Shown here piece by piece: positions 10,108 to 18,408 of a stretch of DNA of 64,000 nt. The position numbers were made by a program, and so were the translations under genes. The stretch lies in the NCBI GenBank assembly GCA_036787045.1, contig DAIQQA010000007.1, forward strand, positions 1,870-65,869, read 5' to 3'. The DNA comes from Burkholderiales bacterium (GTDB taxonomy: Bacteria > Pseudomonadota > Gammaproteobacteria > Burkholderiales > SHXO01). The notes under the pieces are model-generated. The model saw only the letters and a list, made by a program, of their open reading frames with translations, made no database searches and was not told where the DNA came from. The stretch's first letter is position 1, and the number at the start of each line of letters is the position of its first letter.

Positions 10108-12957
10108 ATGTACTCCGTCCGAGAAACCGACTACGGCACCCCGGCCCGCCTGTCCGAGCGTCTGGTCACGCTCGAGATCGACGGTGTGGAAGTCAGCGTA
10201 CCCGAGGGCATCTCGGTCATGCGTGCCGCGACGCAAGCCGGCTACAGCATCCCCAAGCTGTGCGCGACCGACATGTTGGAGTCCTTCGGCTCCTGCCGGC
10301 TGTGCCTGGTGGAGATCGAGGGCCGCAAAGGCTATCCGGCTTCCTGCACCACACTGGTGTCCGCAGGCATGCAGGTGCGCACGCAAAGCCCGGCGCTGGC
10401 CAAGCTGCGCCGTAACGTGATGGAGCTGTACATCTCCGATCATCCGCTCGACTGTCTGACATGCCCCGCCAACGGCAACTGCGAGCTGCAGGACATGGCG
10501 GGTGTGGTGGGGCTGCGGGAGGTGCGCTACGGCTACGACGGCGCCAATCATCTGACAGCCGAGAAGGACCAGTCCAACCCGTATTTCACCTTCGATCCCA
10601 CCAAGTGCATCGTCTGCTCGCGCTGCGTGCGTGCCTGCGAAGAGGTGCAGGGCACCTACGCGCTGACCGTGGACGGCCGCGGCTTCGCCTCGATGATCTC
10701 GCCGAGCGCGAAGGAAAGCTTCTTCGACTCCGAATGCGTTTCCTGCGGCGCCTGTGTGCAGGCCTGCCCGACCGCCACGCTTATGGAGAAGTCGATCATC
10801 GACCACGGGCAGCCCGAGCGCAGCGTGGTCACCACCTGCGCCTACTGCGGAGTGGGCTGCTCGTTCCGTGCGGAGATGCAGGGCACCCAGGTCGTGCGCA
10901 TGGTGCCGAACAAGGACGGCAAGGCCAACCACGGCCATTCCTGCGTCAAGGGCCGGTTTGCCTGGGGCTACGCGACCCATCCGGATCGCATCATCAAGCC
11001 GATGATTCGCAGCCGCATTACCGACCCCTGGAAGGAGGTGACCTGGAACGAGGCAATAGCCTACGCCGCCGCGGAGTTCAAGCGCATCCAGGCCAAGCAC
11101 GGCCGCGGAGCCGTCGGCGGCATCACCTCCTCCCGCTGCACCAACGAGGAGACCTACCTGGTGCAGAAGCTGGTGCGCGCGGCCTTCGGCAACAACAACG
11201 TGGACACCTGCGCGCGGGTGTGCCATTCGCCGACCGGCTACGGGCTCAAGCAGACGCTCGGCGAGTCGGCCGGCACGCAAAACTTCGATTCGGTTGAACA
11301 GGCCGATGTCATCATGGTCATCGGCGCGAACCCTACCGAGGGCCACCCGGTGTTCGCCTCGCAGCTGAAGCGCCGGCTGCGTGAAGGCGCGAAGCTCATC
11401 ATCGTGGACCCGCGCACGATCGAGCTGGTGCGGCAGCCCCATGTGCAGGCCAGCCATCATCTGAAGCTTCTGCCCGGCACCAACGTCGCCGTGATCAATG
11501 CGCTGGCGCACGTGGTGGTGACGGAGGGGTTGACGAAGGAAGACTACGTGCGCGAGCGCTGCGATCTGCGCGAGTACGAAAAGTGGAAGTCGTTCATCAG
11601 CCAGCCGCGCAATTCACCCGAGGCCATGGAGCCGATAACCGGCGTACCTGCTGCGGAGGTTCGCGCGGCCGCGCGCCTGTATGCCGGCGCGCACAACGCC
11701 GCCATCTACTACGGTCTGGGTGTAACAGAGCACAGCCAGGGCTCGACGATGGTGATCGGCATCGCCAACCTCGCCATGGCCACCGGCAACCTCGGCCGGT
11801 CAGGCGTAGGCGTCAATCCCCTGCGGGGCCAGAACAACGTGCAAGGCTCCTGCGACATGGGCTCGTTCCCGCATGAGCTGCCCGGCTACCGACACGTCTC
11901 CGACGCTGCGGTGCGCGGGCTGTTCGAGTCGGAATGGCACGTTTCGCTCGATGCCGAGCCCGGGCTGCGCATCCCCAACATGCTCGACGCCGCGCTGGAC
12001 GGCAGTTTCCGCGGCCTGTATGTACAGGGCGAAGACATCGCGCAGTCCGACCCCAACACGCAACATGTGACCGACGCGCTCGGCGCGCTGGAGTGCCTCG
12101 TGGTGCAGGATCTGTTCCTCAACGAGACTGCCAGGTTCGCGCACGTCTTCCTGCCCGGCTCATCGTTCCTGGAGAAGAACGGCACCTTTACGAATGCGGA
12201 GCGGCGCATCTCGCCGGTGCGCAAGGTCATGCCGCCGCTGTCGGGGATGGAGGACTGGGAAGTGACTGCGGCGCTCTCGAACGCACTGGGCTACCCGATG
12301 CACTACGACCACCCGGCGCAGATCATGGACGAGATCGCGCGCCTGACCCCCACTTTCACCGGCGTGAACTACGCGAAGCTCGAGCGCCTGGGCAGCATCC
12401 AATGGCCGTGCAACGACAAGGCGCCGGAAGGCACGCCGGTGATGCACGTCGAACAGTTCGTGCGCGGCAAGGGCAAGTTCATCCTCAGCGAGTACATCCC
12501 CACCGACGAGCGAGCAACGTGGGAGTACCCGCTGCTCATGACTACCGGCCGCGTGCTCAGCCAGTACAACGTCGGTGCCCAGACCCGGCGCACCGAGAAC
12601 AACCGCTGGCATCACGAGGACGTGCTGGAGATCCATCCCCACGACGCCGAGCAGCGCGGCGTCCGCGAGGGCGACTGGGTGGGGGTGCGCAGCCGCGCGG
12701 GCGAGACCGTGCTGCGGGCAACCCTCACCGAACGTGTTCAGCCGGGCGTGGTCTATACGACCTTCCACTTCCCCTGGTCAGGCGCCAACGTCGTGACCAC
12801 CGAGAACTCGGACTGGGCTACCAACTGTCCGGAGTACAAGGTCACGGCCGTCCAGGTCAGCCGGGTGATGCAGCCGTCCGAGTGGCAGAAAGACTATGCG
12901 CGCTTCTCGCAGGTGCAGGACCGGCTGCTCCAGGAGCGCGAGCGCACCCAGGTTTGA
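10108..12957 (+). CDS. fdsA: NAD-dependent formate dehydrogenase alpha subunit (Mo/W-bisPGD)
   Basis: 949 aa, ATG after AGGAGGGA. N-terminal 2Fe-2S/4Fe-4S cysteine clusters (SCRLCLVEI, CIVCSRCVRAC, CVSCGACVQACP, CAYCGVGC). The metal ligand is Cys in SSRCTNEETY, so there is no Sec codon. Confidence 0.95.
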   Translation: MYSVRETDYGTPARLSERLVTLEIDGVEVSVPEGISVMRAATQAGYSIPKLCATDMLESFGSCRLCLVEIEGRKGYPASCTTLVSAGMQVRTQSPALAKLRRNVMELYISDHPLDCLTCPANGNCELQDMAGVVGLREVRYGYDGANHLTAEKDQSNPYFTFDPTKCIVCSRCVRACEEVQGTYALTVDGRGFASMISPSAKESFFDSECVSCGACVQACPTATLMEKSIIDHGQPERSVVTTCAYCGVGCSFRAEMQGTQVVRMVPNKDGKANHGHSCVKGRFAWGYATHPDRIIKPMIRSRITDPWKEVTWNEAIAYAAAEFKRIQAKHGRGAVGGITSSRCTNEETYLVQKLVRAAFGNNNVDTCARVCHSPTGYGLKQTLGESAGTQNFDSVEQADVIMVIGANPTEGHPVFASQLKRRLREGAKLIIVDPRTIELVRQPHVQASHHLKLLPGTNVAVINALAHVVVTEGLTKEDYVRERCDLREYEKWKSFISQPRNSPEAMEPITGVPAAEVRAAARLYAGAHNAAIYYGLGVTEHSQGSTMVIGIANLAMATGNLGRSGVGVNPLRGQNNVQGSCDMGSFPHELPGYRHVSDAAVRGLFESEWHVSLDAEPGLRIPNMLDAALDGSFRGLYVQGEDIAQSDPNTQHVTDALGALECLVVQDLFLNETARFAHVFLPGSSFLEKNGTFTNAERRISPVRKVMPPLSGMEDWEVTAALSNALGYPMHYDHPAQIMDEIARLTPTFTGVNYAKLERLGSIQWPCNDKAPEGTPVMHVEQFVRGKGKFILSEYIPTDERATWEYPLLMTTGRVLSQYNVGAQTRRTENNRWHHEDVLEIHPHDAEQRGVREGDWVGVRSRAGETVLRATLTERVQPGVVYTTFHFPWSGANVVTTENSDWATNCPEYKVTAVQVSRVMQPSEWQKDYARFSQVQDRLLQERERTQV

Positions 12958-13004
12958 AAGGCGGTCACGCCTCGCCCCTCACGTCTCGAACCTCGCGCCT
13001 CGCA

Positions 13005-13232
13005 ATGGACCCCCAGCGCCTGGTCCACATGGCCAACCAGATCGGGGCCTTCTTCAGCGCCGAGCCCGATCGCGCCGTCGCGCTCAACGGGATCGCAGGC
13101 CATCTCAAGCGCTTCTGGGACCCGCGCATGCGCAGCCAGATCCTCGCCTGGGTCGATGAGCATGGCGGCGAGGGCTTGACCGATCTGGTCGCGGAGGCGA
13201 TCCGGAGGCATCGTGACACGCTGGCGACGTAG
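13005..13232 (+). CDS. fdsD: Formate dehydrogenase delta subunit
   Basis: 75 aa (MDPQRLVHMANQIGAFFSAEPDRAVALNGIAGHLKRFWDPRMR), typical of the FdsD family. It is embedded in a longer spurious track ORF (11934-13232). Confidence 0.8.
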   Translation: MDPQRLVHMANQIGAFFSAEPDRAVALNGIAGHLKRFWDPRMRSQILAWVDEHGGEGLTDLVAEAIRRHRDTLAT

Positions 13233-13307
13233 GCCTGGATCTCGCAGCGCTCGTGAGCAAGCTCGATTCGTCACGTGTGAACCCCACACCGCCCCGGCGG
13301 CTGCGCC

Positions 13308-13392
13308 GCCACCCCGCCTCGTGAGAGGCGGGGAGGAGTAAGTTCCTCCCCTCCTGCCCGAGGAGGGGTGGCCCGAAGGGCCGGGGTGGTGG
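13308..13392. repeat. REP-like G/C-tract multi-hairpin element
   Basis: Outer pairing GCCACCCCG ... CGGGGTGGTGG encloses hairpins CCCCGCCTC-GTGA-GAGGCGGGG, CCCCTCCT-GCCCG-AGGAGGGG and TGGCCC-GAA-GGGCCG. Lies between the convergent fdsD and RraA-like genes. Confidence 0.7.
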
Positions 13393-13432
13393 GAGCTTGC
13401 CCGAGGTGGCCGAAGGCGTCGGCGTCAGGCGC

Positions 13433-14155
13433 TTACGCCGAACCCTTGCCGCTCTTGCCGCGGGTCGCGGCCTCGTAGCGCGCCCGGTTCTCGTCATTGA
13501 TGGGGTAGAGACCCGGGAGCTTCGCGCCCCGCTCGACCTCTCCCATGATCCAGCCCTCCAGCTGTTCCTGCTCGGGCGCGGTCGCGAGGACGTGCTCCAG
13601 CAACGCCGCGGGGATGAGGACGGCGCCGTCGCCATCCGCCACGACGACGTCATTCGGATAGACCGCCACACCACCGCAGCCGATCGGCTCCTGCCAATTG
13701 ACGAAGGTCAGGCCAGCAACGGACGGTGGCGCGGCCCCACCCTGGCACCACACGGGAAGGCCGGTGGCGAGCACACCTGCCACGTCGCGCAGCACGCCGT
13801 CGGTGACCAGGCCCGCGACGCCGCGCGGCTTCATCCGCGCGCACAGGATGTCACCGAAGATGCCGGCGTCGGTGACGCGCATCGCGTCGACGACCGCGAT
13901 GCACCCCCCGGGCATGTCCTCTATCGCCGCGCGCGTGGATCGCGGCGACGACCACGACTCCGGCGTCGCCAGGTCCTCGCGCGCGGGAACGAAGCGCAGC
14001 GTGAACGCCTCGCCCACTTGCCGCGACTGATCGTATCGCAGCGGCCGGGTTCCACGCATCCAGACGTTGCGCAATCCCTTCTTCAGCAGAACTGTCGTAA
14101 TGGTCGCTGTCGAGACTGCGCGAAGCGTTTCGACCGTCTTGGTGTCGAGTGTCAT
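13433..14155 (-). CDS. RraA family protein (RNase E regulator / HMG-aldolase-like fold)
   Basis: 240 aa. RraA-family core (GGCIAVVDAMRVTDAGIFGDILCARMKPRGVAGLVTDGVLRD ... GDGAVLIP). Confidence 0.8.
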   Translation of the reverse strand: MTLDTKTVETLRAVSTATITTVLLKKGLRNVWMRGTRPLRYDQSRQVGEAFTLRFVPAREDLATPESWSSPRSTRAAIEDMPGGCIAVVDAMRVTDAGIFGDILCARMKPRGVAGLVTDGVLRDVAGVLATGLPVWCQGGAAPPSVAGLTFVNWQEPIGCGGVAVYPNDVVVADGDGAVLIPAALLEHVLATAPEQEQLEGWIMGEVERGAKLPGLYPINDENRARYEAATRGKSGKGSA

Positions 14156-14428
14156 TTGAGCAGAGCGCCTCCAGGTGGCTCGATCGGAGTTTAGCAGTCT
14201 CCGCCCATACAGACGCGGTCATGAGCATGCAGCCAGCACCTTCCTCTTGCTGCCCTGCAGCGGGAGACGCCGCGAGCCCTACGCCATGCAGCTCCCCGGG
14301 CTAGGCCGGTAGACCTGCCCCCATCCTTTGGTCCAAACTGAGCGGCCCACGAAGATTTCGGGGCCGCCTGGAGCGCGTGCGAGGTCAGCTCCGGAAACAA
14401 CACGTCCAATGAGAATGAGGAGGAGAGC

Positions 14429-15520
14429 ATGAAAGCGAGGTCAACCGTTTCGCTCGTAGCGCTCTGTGCCGCCGTACCACTGCTCTTGGTCTCCTGCGGG
14501 GAGCGCAGTCCGTCGGAACAGGCTGCACCAGCACAGGCGCAGCCGGCCAAGACAGTTCAGCTCAATATGGCCAGCGTGTTTCCCACCAGCCTCACGCTAC
14601 TGGGCGAGGCAGCGCCGAAGCTCGCCGAGAAGCTCAGGCGTGCCTCGGGCGGAACCATCGACCTCAAGGTCTACGAACCGGGTGCACTGGTGCCGGGTCT
14701 GGAGACCATCCAGGCCGTTTCCAAAGGATCGGTGGCTTCGGCCTGGTCGAGCCCCGGCTTCTTCTCGGGCACCGACTCGGCGTTCGCCTTCTTCACGACC
14801 GTTCCCTTCGGTCCGGGGATCCCCGAGTTCCTCGCCTGGATGTACTACGGTGGCGGCCTGGAGCTGCAGAACGAGATGTTCGGCCAGCACCACATCCACG
14901 CCATTCCCTGTGGCATCACGCCGCCCGAGGCTTCCGGCTGGTTCCGGCGCGAGATCACGTCGGTAGCCGATCTCAAGGGCCTCAAGATGCGGTTCTTCGG
15001 CCTGGGGGCCAAGGTCATGGACAGGCTCGGCGTATCGACCCAGCTGCTCGCGCCAGGCGACATCTTCCAGGCGCTGCAGCTGGGCACCATCGACGCCACC
15101 GAGTTCGCGAACCCGTCCCTGGACGAGAAGCTGGGCTTCTACCAGGTGGCCAAGTACTACTACTTCCCGGGCTGGCACCAGCAGGCTTCCATCCTCGACT
15201 TCTTCATCAACCAGGAGGTCTGGGATGGGCTGTCCGACCAGCACAAGGCCATCATCGAGCAAGCCTGCGGCGATATGCTGCGGCAGATCATGGCCGAGGG
15301 TGAGGCGACCCAGTGGGCGGCGATGAAGCGGATGCGCGACCAGCACGGGGTGCAGATCAAGCGCTGGCCGCCGGCCATCCTGAAGGCCTACGAGGAGACC
15401 TGGAACGAGGTGGTCGCCGAAGAATCGAAGGCCAATCCCAACTTCAAGAAGGTCTACGACTCGTACTCGGCCTTCCGCGCCAACTATGCGATCTGGCGCG
15501 ACTACGGTTACCTGCAGTAG
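14429..15520 (+). CDS. TRAP transporter substrate-binding protein (DctP superfamily), lipoprotein
   Basis: 363 aa, ATG after GAGGAGGAGA, lipobox LLLVSC. The TRAP solute-receptor pattern runs throughout. No DctQ/M genes are adjacent. Confidence 0.85.
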   Translation: MKARSTVSLVALCAAVPLLLVSCGERSPSEQAAPAQAQPAKTVQLNMASVFPTSLTLLGEAAPKLAEKLRRASGGTIDLKVYEPGALVPGLETIQAVSKGSVASAWSSPGFFSGTDSAFAFFTTVPFGPGIPEFLAWMYYGGGLELQNEMFGQHHIHAIPCGITPPEASGWFRREITSVADLKGLKMRFFGLGAKVMDRLGVSTQLLAPGDIFQALQLGTIDATEFANPSLDEKLGFYQVAKYYYFPGWHQQASILDFFINQEVWDGLSDQHKAIIEQACGDMLRQIMAEGEATQWAAMKRMRDQHGVQIKRWPPAILKAYEETWNEVVAEESKANPNFKKVYDSYSAFRANYAIWRDYGYLQ

Positions 15521-15565
15521 CAGGCTCTGAGTGTTCGCGCCGCACGTGCACCGGGCTACCGTGTT

Positions 15566-16216
15566 TCAGCCCTGATCCTCCGGTCCATAGACGATGACGG
15601 AGAGGAGATGAATGGGCGTCTCGATCAGCCGCTCGGGGCCGTGCGGCACGTCGCCGCGAAACGTAAGGGCGTCACCCGGCTCGAGCATATACGTCTGCTT
15701 GCCGTGCCGGTACTCGATCTTGCCTTTGAGCAGGTAGAGGAACTCGGTACCGGGATGCTCGAAGCTTGGAAAGACCTCCGAGGCATCGTCCATCGTCACC
15801 AGGAACGGCTCGAAGCTCTTGCGCGGCCCCTTGTCGTAGGCGAGCAGATGATAGGTGTGCCCGCGCTTGGTGCCACGACGCACCACCTCCATCCCTTCGC
15901 TCGCCTTCACGAGCTGCGCGCCGCCCGCGGGCAGCTCGTAGTCACGGAACATCTGCGACATCGACACACCCAGCGCCTGGGCGATGCGGGACAGGGTGTC
16001 CAGGCTCGTTGCGGCCTGCCCGTTCTCGATCTTGGACAGCATGCCGCGGCTGATGCCCGCTTGCGCCGCGACATCTGCGATCGTGAGGTGGTCGCGCTGC
16101 CGCAGCGCGCGGATCACCCCGCCGAGGTAGCGCTCGAGTGAGCGAGTGGCCGCCGGCTCGGGTGCGCGCTCTGTGGCCACGCGCGGGCCCTTTTTCGTGG
16201 ATGGAGGACGGCTCAC
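15566..16216 (-). CDS. XRE-family HTH plus cupin-domain transcriptional regulator
   Basis: HTH LTIADVAAQAGISRGMLSKIENGQAATSLDTLSRIAQALGV, followed by a C-terminal cupin (GTEFLYLLKGKIEYRHG...GDALTFRGDVPH). Confidence 0.85.
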   Translation of the reverse strand: MSRPPSTKKGPRVATERAPEPAATRSLERYLGGVIRALRQRDHLTIADVAAQAGISRGMLSKIENGQAATSLDTLSRIAQALGVSMSQMFRDYELPAGGAQLVKASEGMEVVRRGTKRGHTYHLLAYDKGPRKSFEPFLVTMDDASEVFPSFEHPGTEFLYLLKGKIEYRHGKQTYMLEPGDALTFRGDVPHGPERLIETPIHLLSVIVYGPEDQG

Positions 16217-16222
16217 TGCCTA

Positions 16223-16361
16223 CCTCTCTCTTCACCACAGAAGCGCAGAGAACCCCGAAGCGCGGTGACTGAAGTTAGCCGGAGTGGGATCCAGCGTGCA
16301 TCGACTCCCAGCATGGGAACGGCCTCGTTTTCTCTGTGCCTCTGTGCCTCTGTGGTTCGAG
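16223..16361. repeat. Foldback-like element L (ACAGAGG subfamily; left arm degenerate)
   Basis: Right arm 16327-16361: GTTTTCTCTGTGCCTCTGTGCCTCTGTGGTTCGAG. Degenerate left arm 16223-16265: CCTCTCTCTTCACC-ACAGAAGC-GCAGAGAAC-CCCGAAGC. The right arm ends 7 nt past the GS-like stop. Confidence 0.65.
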
Positions 16362-16368
16362 TCTTGCG

Positions 16369-17703
16369 TCAGAAAAACTCGAGATAGCGCTCGACTTCCC
16401 ACTGGGAAACGTGGCGCTGGTACTCCACCCACTCCATGCGCTTGAGGCGGATGAGCTCCTCGGCGAGGTCCTTGCCGATCGCCTCGCACAGCACCCCGTC
16501 CGTCTCCAGAGCATCCAGCGCCTCGTTGAGGTTCTGCGGCAGCACGCCGATGCCCGCTTTCTTCAGATCGGCGCTGCTCCACTCGTACAGGTTGGTGTTG
16601 TTCGGGGGACCCGGGTCCATCTTCTTCGCGACGCCGTCCATGCCGGCCGCGAGGATTGCCGCGGAAGCGAGATAGGGATTGCAAGAGCCGTCCGGCAGGC
16701 GCATCTCCAGGCGGCCGTACGGGATGCGGACCATGCACGTGCGGTTGTTGTCGCCGTAGGTGATGTAGGCCGGCGCCCAGGTCGCCCCGGAAAGGGCGCG
16801 GCCCACCACCAGGCGCTTGTAGGAGTTGACGGTCGGCGCACAGATTGCGGTCAGAGCCCGCGCATGGTGCAGCAGGCCGCCCAGGAACTGGTAACCCATC
16901 TTCGACAAGCCCAGCCCGTTCTTGTCCTTGTCGTCGTGGAACAGGTTCTTAGTCTTGTCGTCGCCGATGGAGATGTGGAAGTGGCCGCCGGTGCCCGTGC
17001 GAGTGGAGAACGGCTTGGGCATGAAGGTGGCGATCATGCCCATCTGGTTGGCGATCTCCGAGGCCGCCATCTTGAGATAGATATGCCGGTCCGCCGTGGT
17101 CAGGGCGTCGCCGTAGGTGAAGTTGACTTCGAACTGACCGTTGGCGTCCTCGTGGTCGATCTGATACACATCGATCCCGACCTGCCGCAGCGAGTCGACC
17201 AGCCGCTCCAGGAAGGCGGCGCTGCGCGCCAGCCCCTTGTAGTCGTAGCAGGGCTTCTCGAGGTTGTCCGTGTCGTCGCATGGGCCGACGCTCCCATCCG
17301 CGCGGCGCTTGAGCAGCATGAACTCGGGCTCGATACCCGTGTACATGGTCATGCCCTTCTTCGCCAAGACATCGAGCGCGCTCTTGAGTGCCAGGCGAGA
17401 GTCGTACGGGTAGGGCTTGCCACGCACATGCCCCCAGGTGGCCATGCGCGCAAACCCCGGCATCCATGGGATCACCTGCAGCGTGTCGAGGTCGCCGACG
17501 GCCATGTAATCCGGCCCGTGCGGCCCCATGCCGAAGCCCCAAAGCGCGAAGCCGGCAAACCCGGCGCCGTCGGTCAGCACCATTTCCAGGTGCTCGACGG
17601 GGACCGCCTTGGCCTTGGCCGAGCCGTGGATGTCCACGAACTGGGCCAGGATGAACTTGATGTTGTTGTCCTTGAGGAATTTCCTCGCTTGCTGAGCTGT
17701 CAT
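16369..17703 (-). CDS. Type III glutamine-synthetase family ligase (GlnT / gamma-glutamylmethylamide synthetase-like)
   Basis: 444 aa. GS catalytic-domain motifs ([28 protein letters not shown]...[17 protein letters not shown]). Last gene of the sarcosine-oxidase-like / glutamate-synthase-like cluster. Confidence 0.85.
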   Translation of the reverse strand: MTAQQARKFLKDNNIKFILAQFVDIHGSAKAKAVPVEHLEMVLTDGAGFAGFALWGFGMGPHGPDYMAVGDLDTLQVIPWMPGFARMATWGHVRGKPYPYDSRLALKSALDVLAKKGMTMYTGIEPEFMLLKRRADGSVGPCDDTDNLEKPCYDYKGLARSAAFLERLVDSLRQVGIDVYQIDHEDANGQFEVNFTYGDALTTADRHIYLKMAASEIANQMGMIATFMPKPFSTRTGTGGHFHISIGDDKTKNLFHDDKDKNGLGLSKMGYQFLGGLLHHARALTAICAPTVNSYKRLVVGRALSGATWAPAYITYGDNNRTCMVRIPYGRLEMRLPDGSCNPYLASAAILAAGMDGVAKKMDPGPPNNTNLYEWSSADLKKAGIGVLPQNLNEALDALETDGVLCEAIGKDLAEELIRLKRMEWVEYQRHVSQWEVERYLEFF

Positions 17704-17739
17704 GGTCTCCCCTCTTCTCCCTGCGCCATCAGAAAAACA

Positions 17740-18408
17740 TCAGCCGCCCGCTGCGTCCGCAAACAGCTTGCCGAATCCTACCGCTGCACCGCCGACTTCG
17801 CGCACGATCCCGAGCAGCGTTTCCCAGAGATACGGGGCGAAGGTGCCGTCGCACCAGATCCGAAGCCACGGCCTGCCGCGGACCTCGTCCCAGAGCGCCA
17901 GCACCGACACCCCAACCATGGAAGTCATGACTACGCCGCGCTCGCCCGGTGCATGGGCATTGAAGTTCACGTTGCAGGTTTGTGCCAATAGATCGTTCAA
18001 CCGCTCGCCGGCCAGCGCCAGCGCCGCGTCCTGCCGGATGACCGGATAAACCCCAGGCGCTACTTCGAGGACACTGCGCCAACGCTCCACGGCATTGCCT
18101 GCGGGTCGATCCTCCAGGAAGAACTCCGAGCGCGCGAGGCGGGCGACGGTCACGCCCTCGGGCGTGCGCGTCCAGGTGTTCACTCCATCCGGCACGCTCA
18201 CACCCTGGCTGCGCAGCCATTCCTCTGCTTTGGGCCCCTTCACGCCCATGCGCGGGAGACAGCTTGCGTCGGCCAGCATGATGGGAGCGGCTGCAGCGTC
18301 ACGCGGCAGCTTGAGCGCCGTCTGCATGCCGTGCATCTCGGTCCATCCCGGGCTCTCGGGGATCAGCAGGTCGTGCAGCGGGCTGCGGCGCAGGGTTGCT
18401 GTCGTCAT
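17740..18408 (-). CDS. Sarcosine-oxidase gamma-subunit-like protein (SoxG/MgdD-like)
   Basis: 222 aa in the SoxG-typical position directly after the alpha subunit (4-nt overlap). Pattern RRSPLHDLL ... RMGVKGPKAEEWL. Confidence 0.75.
   Translation of the reverse strand: MTTATLRRSPLHDLLIPESPGWTEMHGMQTALKLPRDAAAAPIMLADASCLPRMGVKGPKAEEWLRSQGVSVPDGVNTWTRTPEGVTVARLARSEFFLEDRPAGNAVERWRSVLEVAPGVYPVIRQDAALALAGERLNDLLAQTCNVNFNAHAPGERGVVMTSMVGVSVLALWDEVRGRPWLRIWCDGTFAPYLWETLLGIVREVGGAAVGFGKLFADAAGG

Noticed and set aside
10063-11511. Long antisense or alternative-frame ORFs opposite confident genes (also 16336-17991, 18396-19865, 20331-21368, 35980-37218, 38216-40387 upstream part, 44276-46219, 49229-50521, 57845-59158, 62375-63556)
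   Set aside because: All overlap genes that have strong family signatures on the other strand or in another frame. Their compositions are typical of GC-driven shadow ORFs.
10108-12957. Selenocysteine-containing formate dehydrogenase
   Set aside because: There is no in-frame TGA. The active-site position reads Cys (SSRCTNEE), and no SECIS-like requirement arises.
16350-16361. GGTTCGAG resembling a tRNA T-loop
   Set aside because: It is the cap of element L's right arm. No acceptor, D or anticodon stems can be drawn around it. I found no tRNA in the window.
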